DNA of 64,000 bases from an uncultured Gemmatimonadales bacterium. GTDB taxonomy: Bacteria > Gemmatimonadota > Gemmatimonadetes > Gemmatimonadales > Gemmatimonadaceae. The translations under genes were made by a program, and so were the position numbers. The DNA is taken from positions 3,776,001-3,840,000 of the forward strand of contig OY969695.1 in the NCBI GenBank assembly GCA_963701965.1, written 5' to 3'. Shown here piece by piece: positions 29,743 through 40,273 of the stretch. The notes beneath the pieces are model-generated. The model saw only the letters and a program-made list of their open reading frames with translations, made no database searches and was not told the origin of the DNA. Position 1 is the stretch's first letter. Every line of letters begins with the position of its first letter.

Positions 29743-30972
29743 GTGCTCGGTCAATGGCAACCGCCTGTGTCGTCGCCTGTTACGGCGAGCGCGCTTGCGC
29801 GGGCCTTCGCCGGCGCGGTCGCCCGGCGGTCCGCGGCGTCCGCCGCCGTGCAGCGCATGCTCGCGACGAGTCTCGGGGGCACGTCCGTGGCGCTCACGGA
29901 CAGCGGGACCTCGGCCCTCGTGCTCGCGCTGCGATTGGCGGCGCGCGCGGACCGGTCGGTGGCTTTGCCCGCCTACGGGTGTGTGGATCTGCTCGCGGCG
30001 GCCGCATACGCGCAACTCCGGGTCCGTCTGTACGACGTGGATCCGGCGACGCTGAGCCCCGATCTCGAGAGCGTCCGGCGCGCGCTCGCGCGCGGCGCCG
30101 AGACAATAGTCGTGGCCCACTTCTATGGATATCCGGCCGACGTCCCCGGTGTGACGGCGCTCGCCGCCGACGCGGGGGCGGTGGTCATCGAGGATGCGGC
30201 GCAGCGGGCCGGGGGCGGGCTTGCCGGCGCACCCCTCGGAGCACTTGGGCCCTTGGTCGTGCTGAGTTTCGGGCGGGGCAAGGGGACGACCGGCGGGAAC
30301 GGCGGTGCCCTCCTGGCCCGCACGCCGGAGTGGAGCGGCGCCGTCGCCGAGTGGCAGGCACGGATAACCGGCGCACCGCCGGGCTGGGGCGATTGGGCGG
30401 CCGCAGCCGCCCAATGGGCAGCGGGACGCCCTGCACTATATGGTATCCCCGCGAGCATGCCCGGGCTTCACCTCGGCGAGACGATCTACACGAGCGCGCA
30501 CGAGCCGGAACGCCTCTCCCTCGCCGCGGCATCCCTGGTCGAACGGGCGCTCCGCGGCGTCGAGAGCGATCGGCAGCGTCGGGCCCAAACCGCCGACGCC
30601 CTGCGTATCGCGCTCGCGGACGCCCACGCCCTGCGGGTGATCCAGCCCATCCCATCGGGTGAGAGCGGCTTTCTCCGGTTGCCGGTGCTCGACACCGCCG
30701 GTCGCCGGGCCGCTCCGCGATTGGGCATCGTGCGAAGCTACCCGCGCCCGCTGGGCGAAGAGCCGGTGGCGGCCACCCTGCTCGCCCCGAACGAGCCGGC
30801 GAACCCGGGCGCCGGCGTCATCTGTGAGACGCTGTTCACGCTGCCGACCCACGCCTATGTGACCGAAACGGATCGTGAGCGAATTCTTGCCTGGTCACGC
30901 CCCGGTAAAGCTGACACTGGCTCGGTTCTTGATGATCGGGGATCGACCTCAAGAAGCGCGGCACAACTTTGA
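29743..30972 (+). CDS. DegT/DnrJ/EryC1/StrS-family PLP aminotransferase
   Basis: SGTSAL, HFYGYP, IEDAAQ, SFGRGK. Confidence 0.85.
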   Translation: MLGQWQPPVSSPVTASALARAFAGAVARRSAASAAVQRMLATSLGGTSVALTDSGTSALVLALRLAARADRSVALPAYGCVDLLAAAAYAQLRVRLYDVDPATLSPDLESVRRALARGAETIVVAHFYGYPADVPGVTALAADAGAVVIEDAAQRAGGGLAGAPLGALGPLVVLSFGRGKGTTGGNGGALLARTPEWSGAVAEWQARITGAPPGWGDWAAAAAQWAAGRPALYGIPASMPGLHLGETIYTSAHEPERLSLAAASLVERALRGVESDRQRRAQTADALRIALADAHALRVIQPIPSGESGFLRLPVLDTAGRRAAPRLGIVRSYPRPLGEEPVAATLLAPNEPANPGAGVICETLFTLPTHAYVTETDRERILAWSRPGKADTGSVLDDRGSTSRSAAQL

Positions 30973-31017
30973 TATCGCGTCATGGTGACCGATACCATGA
31001 CGTAGTGTCCAAAGTTG
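30964..31017. repeat. Imperfect 54-nt inverted repeat (terminator or operator)
   Basis: CAACTTT...CGTCATGGT-gaccgat-ACCATGACG...AAAGTTG. Confidence 0.6.
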
Positions 31018-31088
31018 CAGCTGGCGCGCGCCGGCCTGGTCCATTAATCTAGCCGGCGAAGGCAAGAACTCGCTCGCCCCTCGGGGCG

Positions 31089-31188
31089 CTGCGAAAAAGG
31101 CAAACCCGGCGAAAGCCGGCGACGCAAAGCTACGAGGCTACCGAGCGCCGCAAGTCATCGCGCCCTCCACGCCAGTCGAGCCGCCGAA
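31089..31188 (+). promoter_or_regulatory. c-di-GMP-I (GEMM) riboswitch
   Basis: AAAGGCAAACCCGGC-GAAA-GCCGGCGACGCAAAGC...GCCGCCGAA; GNRA-capped P2; G at the Vc2 G20-equivalent position. Confidence 0.88.
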
Positions 31189-31205
31189 CAGACGCAGGGG
31201 GGCGC

Positions 31206-34200
31206 ATGCGTTACCGGTTTCCGGTAGTCGTGCTGGCCTTGTGTGGTGCTATTGGGTGCACTGAGGGCAAAGTCCTCACTGACCCCGCGGCATCGACGGT
31301 GCCAGGTAGTCCCGATTCAACTCGCAGTGTCAGCGTCCTCGTCATCACCCCGTCCTCTGTGACGGGAGCGGTGGGGGCGACCGCGTCGTTAGCGGCATCG
31401 GCGCTCAACGCGAACGGTCAGGCCATGTCGGGCCAGACCTTCACCTGGGCGTCCACCAACACGCAAGTCGCGAGTGTCTCGGATTCCGGGAACGTGACGC
31501 TGATTGGCATCGGCAACACGAGCGTAAGCGTCTCGGCCGCTGGCCTCACCACAACCGTGCCCATCAAAGTGACCGCGGCCGCACCGGCACCGGTGGCGAC
31601 GGTCAGTGTATCACCAACATCAGTCTCACTGAACCCCGGTGGCTCGGCGCAGCTGAGCGCCTCGGCAACGGATGCTTCTGGTACAGCCGTCGCCGGCGCC
31701 ACCGTGGTGTGGTCCTCTTCGAACACGAGCGTTGCTACCGTGTCGGCGAGTGGAGCGATTTCGGCACTGGCCATCGGCGCCGCTGTTATTACGGCGACGA
31801 GCCAGGGGAAGAGCGGGACCGCGAACATCACGGTCGTCGCGGCGTCGCCTGCATCCATTGGCGCGGTCGCGGTGACACCAACGACCGCCACGGTCATTGT
31901 GGGCCGCACGACGCAGATGTCGGCGACGCTCAAAGACTCGGTCGGGAACGTGCTGGGTGGCCGCACCGTTACTTGGAGCAGTGCCAACACCGGGGTGGCG
32001 ACCATCTCGTCGACCGGATTGGTGACTGGTGTGACGACGGGAACCGTGACCATCTCGGCGTCGAGCGGCGGACGGACCGGCACCGCGCAGGTGACGGTGT
32101 CGCCCGTACCGGTCGCGTCGGTCGTCGTCACACCCGGCTCGGCAAACCTGAGCCTCGGACAGACGCTCCAGTTGACGGGCACCGTCGAAGACGCGGGGGG
32201 GAATCCGTTGGGCGGCCAGACCATCGCGTGGAGCAGCAGTAACAGCAGCGTGCTGACGGTCTCTTCGAGCGGTCTCGTGACCGCCGTCGCCACCGGCGAC
32301 GCGACGGTGTCGGCGACCACGAGCGGTAAGACGGGCAGTGCGTCGATCACGGTGATTCCGCCACCGGTCAGCAAGGTGATCGTGGCGCCCGCGACGGACA
32401 CCTTGTCCGCGGGCCAGACCGTGCAGCTCACGGCGACGCCGAAAGACGGGAATAACAATCCGCTGGCCGGAGAACCTCCCGGCACGTGGACCAGCTCGAA
32501 TACCAATGTGGCGACGGTGTCGTCCAGCGGGTTGGTCACCGCCGTGGCCACCGGATCGGCGACGATCACGGTCGAGGTCAATGGCAAGTTCGCGAACGCG
32601 ACCGTCGTAGTGGCACCCATCGCGGTCGCGCAGGTCCTGGTCGCTCCGGCGACCGTGTCCGTCACCGCGGGGCAGACCGCGCAGTTGACGGCGACCGCGA
32701 AGGACGCGGGCGGCAACGTGCTTTCCGGCCGGGCTGCGACGTGGAGCAGCGCGAACACGGGCGTGGCGACCATCTCGACCTCCGGGCTCGTTACGGGAGT
32801 CGGCGCCGGTTCCGCCACGGTCACGGTGACGATCGGCGGAAAGAGCGCCAACGCCGCGATTACCGTCACGGCAGCAGCGCCCGTGGTGGGGACGGTGACG
32901 GTCACGCCGGCATCATCCAGCCTCGCGGCCGGTCAGACCGCGCAGTTGACGGCGACCGACAAGACGTCGGGCGGCACCGTGGTCACCGGTCAAAGCGTGA
33001 CGTGGTCGTCGTCGAATACTGGAGTGGCGACGGTCGGCTCGAGTGGGCTCGTCACCGCGGTGAGCGCGGGCGCCGCGACGATCACGGCGACGAGCGCCGG
33101 GAAAACGGGCACGGCATCGATGACGGTGACGGCGTCGGGAGGAACGGTAGCGACGGTGACGGTCACGCCGGCGTCGTCCAGCCTCACGACCGGCAATCAG
33201 AATGCAGTTGACCGCCACCGACAAGACGTCGGGCGGGACCGTGGTGACCGGTCAATCCGTGACGTGGTCGTCGTCGAATCTCGCGGTGGCGACCGTCGCC
33301 CCGAATGGGATCGTGACCGCGCTGATCGCGGGCGGTGCGACGATCACGGCGACCAGCGCCGGGCATTCGGGCACGGCATCGATCACGGTGAACGCCGGCG
33401 CGGGAACGGGTCCGTTCCACGAACCCGCGGGCATGAACACGCAGATCAACACCGGCAACATGGCGACCGCGCCGGCGATTAGTTATCCGGCGAACACGTG
33501 GACCGAGGGTGGAACGACCTTCACGAACTATTCGCCGACGACGATGTCGGGCACCGGCGAATTCTCGGGCAACCTTTCGGCCGTGCCCGGCGGCACCGGC
33601 CTCCGCGTGACGTACAACAACACGCTGGCGGGCGGCAATAGTCCGGTGCGATTCGGCGCCAACATCGCCAACCACGGCACCGGCTATCTCTACATTCGTT
33701 GGAAGTTCCGTCTCTCGCCGAACTGGACGTTGAGCACGGCCTCCGGCCTCAAGATCATGGAGCCGCGCACCGTCAACTCGACCGAGAACCATGTGTTGGG
33801 CGCGGGAGCCGATGGGCAAGCGACGGACGGCAGCAACATGTGGTTTGGCGCGCTGCTGCAGTTCCAAACGCCGAGCGGGACGACCGGCATCAACATTCCC
33901 GGAAACTCGTCAGGCCAAGCGCCGGTCCCGTCGCAGGTCTTCACGTCGACGGTGGCCAATGTCGGTGGTGCCGCGCGCGGGGCGTGGCACACCATGGAAG
34001 CGTATTACCAGCCGGAGTCGCCCGCGGGGGCGGGGAACGGTCAGCTCACGTTGTGGGTCGACGGGACGCAGGTCTTTCAAACGGGATCTGGGGTCGCGGG
34101 CTCGCCTCCGGGCGGCACGCACTTCTTCCTGAGCGGCGAGTCGATGGGTTGGAACTTCTTGATGTTCGATCCGACGTACGGCGGCGATGCATCCAGCGAC

Positions 34201-34260
34201 CATCCGCCGTCGGCAGGGATCTACTGGGATATCGACGACTTGTACGTCAGTACGAAGTAG
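31206..34260 (+). CDS. Lipoprotein with about 8 tandem Big_2 Ig-like domains and a C-terminal jelly-roll (lyase/lectin-like) domain; +1 frameshift at ~33201
   Basis: Lipobox AIGC; repeated V.V.P....L..GQT.QL.AT...WSS.N..VATV...GLVT units; CAGAATG minus one A joins 31206.. with 33202..34260. Confidence 0.85.
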
Positions 34261-34270
34261 CCGCAGGTCG

Positions 34271-34316
34271 GGGCGGCCCGGGTGATGCGCCTTCCGCTGG
34301 CGTGCGCCCGGGTCGT
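34271..34316 (+). terminator. GC-rich hairpin after the Ig-protein gene
   Basis: GGCGGCCCGGGTG...CGCCCGGGTCGTC stem; weak U tract. Confidence 0.45.
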
Positions 34317-34331
34317 CGCCCATTCTTCGAT

Positions 34332-34922
34332 GTGACTGCGACCCATTCCTTCGTTCGCGTCGCACGTGAGCCTGGCCGTGCGTGGTCTGTTGGCCTCGCG
34401 ATCCTGCGAGGATGGTGGTACAAGGTGAGCTATCCCGCGCGGGGGATTCGCTTTTCCGCGGGCCGCGGGTTTCGCGTGCAAGGCCGGCTGATCGTGCGGG
34501 GACCGGGTCGCGTCCGATTTGGGGACGATGTGCGCGTCGGGATGACGGTGACGCCGTGGACGCACACGGCGGATGCCCTGATCGACGTGGGCCACGAGAC
34601 GTTCCTCAACGGCACGCGATTTGGCTGCGCGCGATCCATCAGCATTGGGCGCCGGTGCATCCTCGCCGACGTCTCGATCCTCGACACGAACTTCCATAGT
34701 ACGCGCGCCGACCGCCACGATCCCGCTGCGCCCGTCAAGGTGGCCGCAGTCGCGCTGGACGACAACGTGTGGGTCGCGTCGGGTGCGGGTCTGCTACCCG
34801 GTACGCGTATCGGTCGCAACTCCGTCGTCGGATTTGGCGCCGTGGTCTCCGGCGATTTCCCCGCGGACGTCATCATCGCGGGAAATCCCGCGGTGGTGGT
34901 CGGCCCCATCCCTCAACTTTGA
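34332..34922 (+). CDS. Hexapeptide-repeat O-acetyltransferase (start uncertain)
   Basis: ILDTNFH, LDDNVWV, PGTRIGRNSVVG, IIAGNPA. Confidence 0.85.
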   Translation: MTATHSFVRVAREPGRAWSVGLAILRGWWYKVSYPARGIRFSAGRGFRVQGRLIVRGPGRVRFGDDVRVGMTVTPWTHTADALIDVGHETFLNGTRFGCARSISIGRRCILADVSILDTNFHSTRADRHDPAAPVKVAAVALDDNVWVASGAGLLPGTRIGRNSVVGFGAVVSGDFPADVIIAGNPAVVVGPIPQL

Positions 34923-35091
34923 GTGATGGCATGAATGCGCGCTCACGGAATTAATGCGCGATAACATGGTCAAGAAATAGGTACAAAAAAATTCGCGAAA
35001 AAGTTCCGCGATGGTCTTGCATCACATTTGGTCTGGCGTCATTGTACGTGCACAATAGCAGTCGCGCAGGCTGAGCAGTTTGCTTGGGCCC

Positions 35092-35190
35092 CGCGACAAA
35101 GGCAAACTCGCGGAAACGCGGGGACGCAAAGCTCTGGAGGCTACCGTAGCCGATCTCTGATCGGTTGCCACGCCAGTCCGGCTACCGAAC
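35092..35190 (+). promoter_or_regulatory. c-di-GMP-I (GEMM) riboswitch
   Basis: AAAGGCAAACTCGCG-GAAA-CGCGGGGACGCAAAGC...GCTACCGAA; G at the G20-equivalent position. Confidence 0.88.
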
Positions 35191-35211
35191 GGACACCTCA
35201 AGAGGTCAGCC

Positions 35212-36519
35212 ATGCGTCCCGTGTTCGCCCGGGGCCGCGCGAGCGCGCGGCATCACATCAAGCACGTCCCTATCACGCTACTCTCCCTAGCCGTCGCCGC
35301 CGCGCTCAGTGCTTGTGGCGACTCCGCTACCGCTCCCGCCTCCGCGTCGTCGGGCACATTGGCGATGGAGTCCGTCGCCTTTACCGTCGCCGGCGTCACG
35401 TACCCGACGGTCACGGTGCAGGGCCTTTCGGGGAATCTCGCCGTTGGCGGCCACGCCACCCTGACGGCCGCGCTGGCGACGCCAACCGCGAAGTGGCTCG
35501 GGGCGCAAGTGACCTGGAAGAGCTCCAACACCGGCGTCGTGTCGATCCAGACGCAGAACTGGGGCTCGGCCAAGGGTGACAACGCAGTCCTCACCGGTGT
35601 GGCCAACGGAACGGCCATCATCACCGGAACGACCCAGAGTGGCACGAGCGGGAGCATCACCGTCACGGTTGGAAGCGCCGGTACGGCGCCGGTCAGCAGT
35701 GGCGGGTTCCACGAACCGTCGGGCATGCACACCCAGATCAACACCGGGGCCATGACCACGGCACCGGCCACGAGCTACCCGGCCGACACGTGGACCGAGG
35801 GCGGCACCACGTTCACGAACTACTCGCCGACGTCGATGTCCAGCACGGGCGAGTGGTCGAAGAACCTCTCGGCGGTTCCGGGGGGCGGCGTGCGCGTCAC
35901 GTACAACCCCTCGCTCGCCGGCGGCAATAGCCCGGTGCGATTCGGCGCGACAATTCCCAGCACGGGCTCCGGGTATCTCTACGTGCGCTGGAAGTTCCGC
36001 CTGTCATCGAACTGGACCCTCAGCAACGCTTCCGGTCTCAAGGTGATGGAGCCGCGCACCGTGAACTCCTCGGAGAATCACGTGCTGGGCGTGGGCGCCG
36101 ATGGCCAGTCGACGAATGGCAGCAACATGTGGATCGGTGCGCTCCTGCAATTCGCGACCTCGAGCGGGACATCCGGGATCAACGTGCCCGGGAACTCCTC
36201 GGGACAGTCGCCGGTGCCGTCGCAGGTCTTCTCGTCGACCGTCGCCAATGTCGGTGGCGCGGCGCGCGGATCGTGGCACACGATGGAGGCGTCCTTCCAG
36301 CCTGAGTCCTCGGCGGGAACGAAGAACGCTGTCATCACGTTCTGGGTCGACGGCGTCCAAGTCAACCAGTCGGGCGGTCTGCACTTGTTCCTGAGCGGCG
36401 AGCGCATGGGGTGGAACTTCCTCATGTTCGACCCGACGTACGGTGGTGATGCCTCCAGCGATCACCCGCCCGCTTCGATCTACTGGGATATCGACCAGCT
36501 GTACGTCAGCACGAAGTAA
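35212..36519 (+). CDS. Lipoprotein with one Ig-like domain and a C-terminal domain paralogous to 33415-34260
   Basis: Lipobox LSAC; FHEP.GM.TQINTG...YVSTK is highly similar to the upstream protein. Confidence 0.85.
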   Translation: MRPVFARGRASARHHIKHVPITLLSLAVAAALSACGDSATAPASASSGTLAMESVAFTVAGVTYPTVTVQGLSGNLAVGGHATLTAALATPTAKWLGAQVTWKSSNTGVVSIQTQNWGSAKGDNAVLTGVANGTAIITGTTQSGTSGSITVTVGSAGTAPVSSGGFHEPSGMHTQINTGAMTTAPATSYPADTWTEGGTTFTNYSPTSMSSTGEWSKNLSAVPGGGVRVTYNPSLAGGNSPVRFGATIPSTGSGYLYVRWKFRLSSNWTLSNASGLKVMEPRTVNSSENHVLGVGADGQSTNGSNMWIGALLQFATSSGTSGINVPGNSSGQSPVPSQVFSSTVANVGGAARGSWHTMEASFQPESSAGTKNAVITFWVDGVQVNQSGGLHLFLSGERMGWNFLMFDPTYGGDASSDHPPASIYWDIDQLYVSTK

Positions 36520-36544
36520 GATCTGGCACCTGCGCCGGCGTTGA

Positions 36545-36578
36545 CACGGCGGAGCCTACGTTCGTAGGCTTCGCCGTG
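36545..36578 (+). terminator. Strong hairpin overlapping the next start codon
   Basis: CACGGCGGAGCCTAC-GTTC-GTAGGCTTCGCCGTG, a 15-bp stem. Confidence 0.65.
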
Positions 36579-37799
36579 ATCACCCGGCCGCTCCTGGTTC
36601 TCTCGCATTGGCTGCCATTCCCGCCGCACAACGGCGCCGCGCTGCGCTCGTTCAACATGCTGCGGTTGCTGTCCCGGGATTTCGAGATCACGGGCCTCTG
36701 CTTCGATCGCCACGATAGCGCGACGGCCCACCTGGGAGTGGAGCGCCGTCTGGAAGGGCTCCGTCCCCTCGGGCATTTCGAGGCCTTTCCCATCCCCCAG
36801 CAAGAGACTCGGGCGCGCATGGTCTGGGACCATGCGCGCAGTGTCGTCACCGGCCACCCGTATACCTGGTACGCGCACGAGTCGGCGCCGTTCCTCCGCC
36901 GGCTGCGCACGCTCCTCCGCGAGCGGCGATTCGACGTGGTCCACGTGGACAGCCTCGATCTCGTGCGCCTGCTGCCGCTCCTACAAGACCATCACGTCGT
37001 GTGTACGCATCACAACGTGGAGTCCTCCCTGTTGCGCCGCCGGGCAGTCGCCGAGCCCGCCGCTGCGGGCGCCTACTTGCGACTTCAGGCGCATCGATTG
37101 GAGCGCGCCGAGCGGCACTGGCTACCACGCGTAGCCTTGAACGTCGCGGTGTCGCCGGACGACGAGGCCGCCCTGCGCGCGCTCTCCCCGGGGGCCCGTG
37201 TGGCGACCGTGCCCAATGGCGTCGACGTCGCGTACTTCGCGCCGATCGAGGGACCGCAAGCGGGGTGTGTATTTGTCGGGGGCACCAGCTGGCATCCGAA
37301 TCGCGATGCCCTTCGATGGTTCGCCGGCGATATCGTCCCCCGGCTGCGGGAGCGCGGCGTGCCGGTCGACGTCACGTGGGTCGGTCGGGCGACCGACGCC
37401 GAACGCCGCGAGTTCGCGGGGGTCCCTGGGCTCCGCTTGACCGGTTACGTCGACGATGTGCGTCCCTACATCGCGCGCGCCGCGTGCTACATCGCGCCGC
37501 TGCGCGTGGGCGGAGGCACGCGCCTCAAGCTGCTCGACGCCTGGGCCATGGGCAAAGCCATCGTGTCGACATCGATCGGCGCCGAGGGGTTGGGCGCTCG
37601 CGATGGCGAGGACATGTTCATCGCCGACGACGCCGGTGCCTTTGCCTCACGCATCGCCACGCTGCTGCGCGACGAGGCGCTGCGCCACCGGATGGCCCGG
37701 GAGGCGCGGCGGGTCGCCGAGACGCGATTCAGCTGGGATGTCATCGGCGACACGGTGCGCCGTCTCTATCAGGACGTCGCCGAGGGGAGCGCGGGATAG
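36576..37799 (+). CDS. Glycosyltransferase family 4 (PEP-CTERM sugar-transferase-like)
   Basis: PFPPHNG, HNVES, VPNGVD, PLRVGGGTRLKLLDAWAMG. Confidence 0.9.
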   Translation: MITRPLLVLSHWLPFPPHNGAALRSFNMLRLLSRDFEITGLCFDRHDSATAHLGVERRLEGLRPLGHFEAFPIPQQETRARMVWDHARSVVTGHPYTWYAHESAPFLRRLRTLLRERRFDVVHVDSLDLVRLLPLLQDHHVVCTHHNVESSLLRRRAVAEPAAAGAYLRLQAHRLERAERHWLPRVALNVAVSPDDEAALRALSPGARVATVPNGVDVAYFAPIEGPQAGCVFVGGTSWHPNRDALRWFAGDIVPRLRERGVPVDVTWVGRATDAERREFAGVPGLRLTGYVDDVRPYIARAACYIAPLRVGGGTRLKLLDAWAMGKAIVSTSIGAEGLGARDGEDMFIADDAGAFASRIATLLRDEALRHRMAREARRVAETRFSWDVIGDTVRRLYQDVAEGSAG

Positions 37800-38719
37800 T
37801 CTCGCGGTGCAGCGCGGGGAAGCGCCAACCGGAGCATCAGCTTCCACCGCCGCAGTCCCTTGCCCATGGAAAAGCGCGGCAGCGGTGCCTCCCGCGCGAC
37901 GCCGCGCAGCGAGCGATTCATGAGCGTCAGGGATGTCATCATTCCGGCCTGGCGCGCCACTGGCGCGGTGCGCGCGTCGTACAGGCCGAAGGGGATCGCC
38001 AATACGGCGACGGCTTTGGGGATGCGCTCCCGGATCGTGCGGTACGCGTCGCGCACTTCGGCGACCGCCGCGTCATCGTCCAAGAGGGGCAGCACGGGGT
38101 GCGTGACGGTATGGACGCCGACGTCGATGAGCTCCGGGTTGGCGAATGCGACGACTTCCTCCCAGGTCATCGCCCGATGCGGCGTGACGAACTGGTGCTC
38201 CTGTTCCAAGGCCGCGAGCGGGCCTTCGAGCGCCGCTGGCCAGCGCCCTTGGTGCGTCGCCAGCACCCACTGCCGGAGCGGCCGGAGCGGACCGAGGTCC
38301 GCCGGCTGTCCCGCGCGGAACGCCGGCGTGATCCCGATCTCTTGTTCGAACGCTCGCCACCGTTCGCGCGAAACGCGCGGAAAGAGGTCATCCGTGCGGT
38401 CCCACCAGAATCGGGCGCCGCTCTGCGTCGCCGTGGTCGTGACGAAGATGGTGACCGGCACCTGCGCGCGGCGCACGTCGGCATCGATGAGCAGGGGCAG
38501 CGCCGCGTACGCGTCGTCGAACGTCACGGCGGCCAGGCCGCCCGTGGGTCGCCCCGCGTTGTGCCGCTCGACGAGCACGCGCAGGGGGACGATTTCGGCC
38601 ATCGAGCGCACCAGTTCGATGGCGGCGAGCAGCTCCGACCGCGGCACGTTCATCCCGCTGGCTGACGGAAGCGTGTCCGAGGTCACACTGTGGTAGCACA
38701 GAATGGCGGCGGGCGGCAT
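37769..38719 (-). CDS. Polysaccharide deacetylase (CE4/NodB)
   Basis: ILCYHSV, VTFDDAY, GVHTVTHP, AIPFG. Confidence 0.88.
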   Translation of the reverse strand: MPPAAILCYHSVTSDTLPSASGMNVPRSELLAAIELVRSMAEIVPLRVLVERHNAGRPTGGLAAVTFDDAYAALPLLIDADVRRAQVPVTIFVTTTATQSGARFWWDRTDDLFPRVSRERWRAFEQEIGITPAFRAGQPADLGPLRPLRQWVLATHQGRWPAALEGPLAALEQEHQFVTPHRAMTWEEVVAFANPELIDVGVHTVTHPVLPLLDDDAAVAEVRDAYRTIRERIPKAVAVLAIPFGLYDARTAPVARQAGMMTSLTLMNRSLRGVAREAPLPRFSMGKGLRRWKLMLRLALPRAAPRDYPALPSATS

Positions 38720-38866
38720 AGTCGTGGGAAGCTACACGACTGTTGCGTCTTTGCAACAGCAAACGATAGCGCGCGCCGGCCAACGCTCTATATTGCTAAG
38801 CCATAAGGGTTTGGCCATCCGGTGCAAGCGCGGCTCCGGGCAGCGTCCTTGCAAGAGAATCGATCC

Positions 38867-40273
38867 ATGGCGGAGCAAAAGCTCGTTGCGGCACGCGATC
38901 CGTTCCGGATCGCCTTGTTTATGCTCACGGTGCTCACCGTGAGTCGGATTCATGAACAATACAAATGGATGTCGGTGCTCCGGCCGGCACTCGTCGCGAC
39001 GGCGCTCGCCGCGATCTATGCGTACATGCGTCCGGATGTCGTCTCCAGTCGACCGTTGCTCAAGACGTGGCCGGCGAAGGTCATCGCGGGGTTCGCGCTC
39101 TGGGCCGTCTTGAGCGGGTTCTTCGGCATCTCGTTGGGGAGTACCGCCTCGTTCATCCTCAACGTCTACGTCAAGACGCTGGTCTTCGCCTATCTGCTCA
39201 TCGCGGCGATCCGATCCACCGAAGACCTCAAGACATTTATCTGGGCGTACGTGATCGCCACAGGCTTGCTGTGCTACACGACGTTGTTCGTGTTTTCGTT
39301 GCATCACTATGGCTCGGGCGCGGGGTACGATCGCCTGGCCAACGCCGACACGTACGACGCGAACGACCTGGGGCTCGTGCTCGACGTCGGGCTCGCGCTC
39401 ACGTTGTTGGCGTTCACCACGTCGGGCATCAAGGGCAAGCTGTTCTGCGTCGTGGTGCTGTGCCTCACGGGCGCGGGGATCGCCAAGACGGGCTCGCGCG
39501 GCGCGTTCGTCGGCTTGCTGGCCCTCGGGGCCGGCCTGCTCCTCCTCCTCGATCGCGTGCCGATTTACCAACGCGTGCTGTTCATCATCGTGACGATCGC
39601 CGGCATCTCGATGTTCGCGCCGCCGGGATACTGGCAGCAAATGCAGACCATCCAGGATCCCAAGGCGGACTACAACTGGAGCTCGGTCAACGGTCGCCGG
39701 CAGGTCGCGATCCGCGGCATGGGCTACATGATGAGCTATCCGGTGTTCGGCGTGGGTCTGCACAATTTTCCCAAGGCCGAATGTACGATCTCGGAGAAAG
39801 CGCAGAACTACCAGGTCGGGACCGGTATTCGGTGTACGCCGCCGCACAACGCGTACATTGAGGCCGGCGCCGAGTTGGGGCTGCCGGGCATGGCGTTGTG
39901 GTTGTTCATCATTCCGGGCGGCGTCATCCACCTCGTGTTGCTGCGGGCGCGGCTGCCGCGGGCCTGGGCGCGCGGCGACCCGGAGCAACGATTCTTGTAC
40001 TGCGCGGTGGTGTACTTCGCGGTCGCGCTCATGGGATACACCTTCGGGTCGTTTTTCCTCTCGTTCGCGTGGACCGACATCAGCTACTACCTGATGGCGA
40101 TGCTCGCCGGGGTCTGGATCTGCGTCGAGGACCGCCTGGCGCGGGAGCGCGCCGGCGCGCGCAGTGGGCCGGCCGCGGGCGTTGCCGCCGTGCCCACGGG
40201 TCGCCGGCCCGGGTGGCGGGCCGCCGCATTGGAGGCAGCCGTCGCGCGGCAGCGGCTCATGGGTGGCCGCTGA
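38867..40273 (+). CDS. O-antigen ligase / Wzy-like polymerase
   Basis: DANDLG, TGSRGAFVG, PVFGVG..NF, PHNAYIEAGAELGLPG; many TMs. Confidence 0.88.
   Translation: MAEQKLVAARDPFRIALFMLTVLTVSRIHEQYKWMSVLRPALVATALAAIYAYMRPDVVSSRPLLKTWPAKVIAGFALWAVLSGFFGISLGSTASFILNVYVKTLVFAYLLIAAIRSTEDLKTFIWAYVIATGLLCYTTLFVFSLHHYGSGAGYDRLANADTYDANDLGLVLDVGLALTLLAFTTSGIKGKLFCVVVLCLTGAGIAKTGSRGAFVGLLALGAGLLLLLDRVPIYQRVLFIIVTIAGISMFAPPGYWQQMQTIQDPKADYNWSSVNGRRQVAIRGMGYMMSYPVFGVGLHNFPKAECTISEKAQNYQVGTGIRCTPPHNAYIEAGAELGLPGMALWLFIIPGGVIHLVLLRARLPRAWARGDPEQRFLYCAVVYFAVALMGYTFGSFFLSFAWTDISYYLMAMLAGVWICVEDRLARERAGARSGPAAGVAAVPTGRRPGWRAAALEAAVARQRLMGGR

Noticed and set aside
31330..33400. Regular ~260-bp repeats as a possible CRISPR or nucleic-acid array
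   Set aside because: They are coding Big_2 domain repeats with no repeat-spacer structure, and no cas genes are present.
34925..35060. Possible sigma-54 promoters (TGGCAT.., TGGCGT..)
   Set aside because: The GG-N10-GC spacing is not met.
31089..35190. GEMM riboswitches as 3',3'-cGAMP sensors
   Set aside because: Both have G, not A, at the specificity position.
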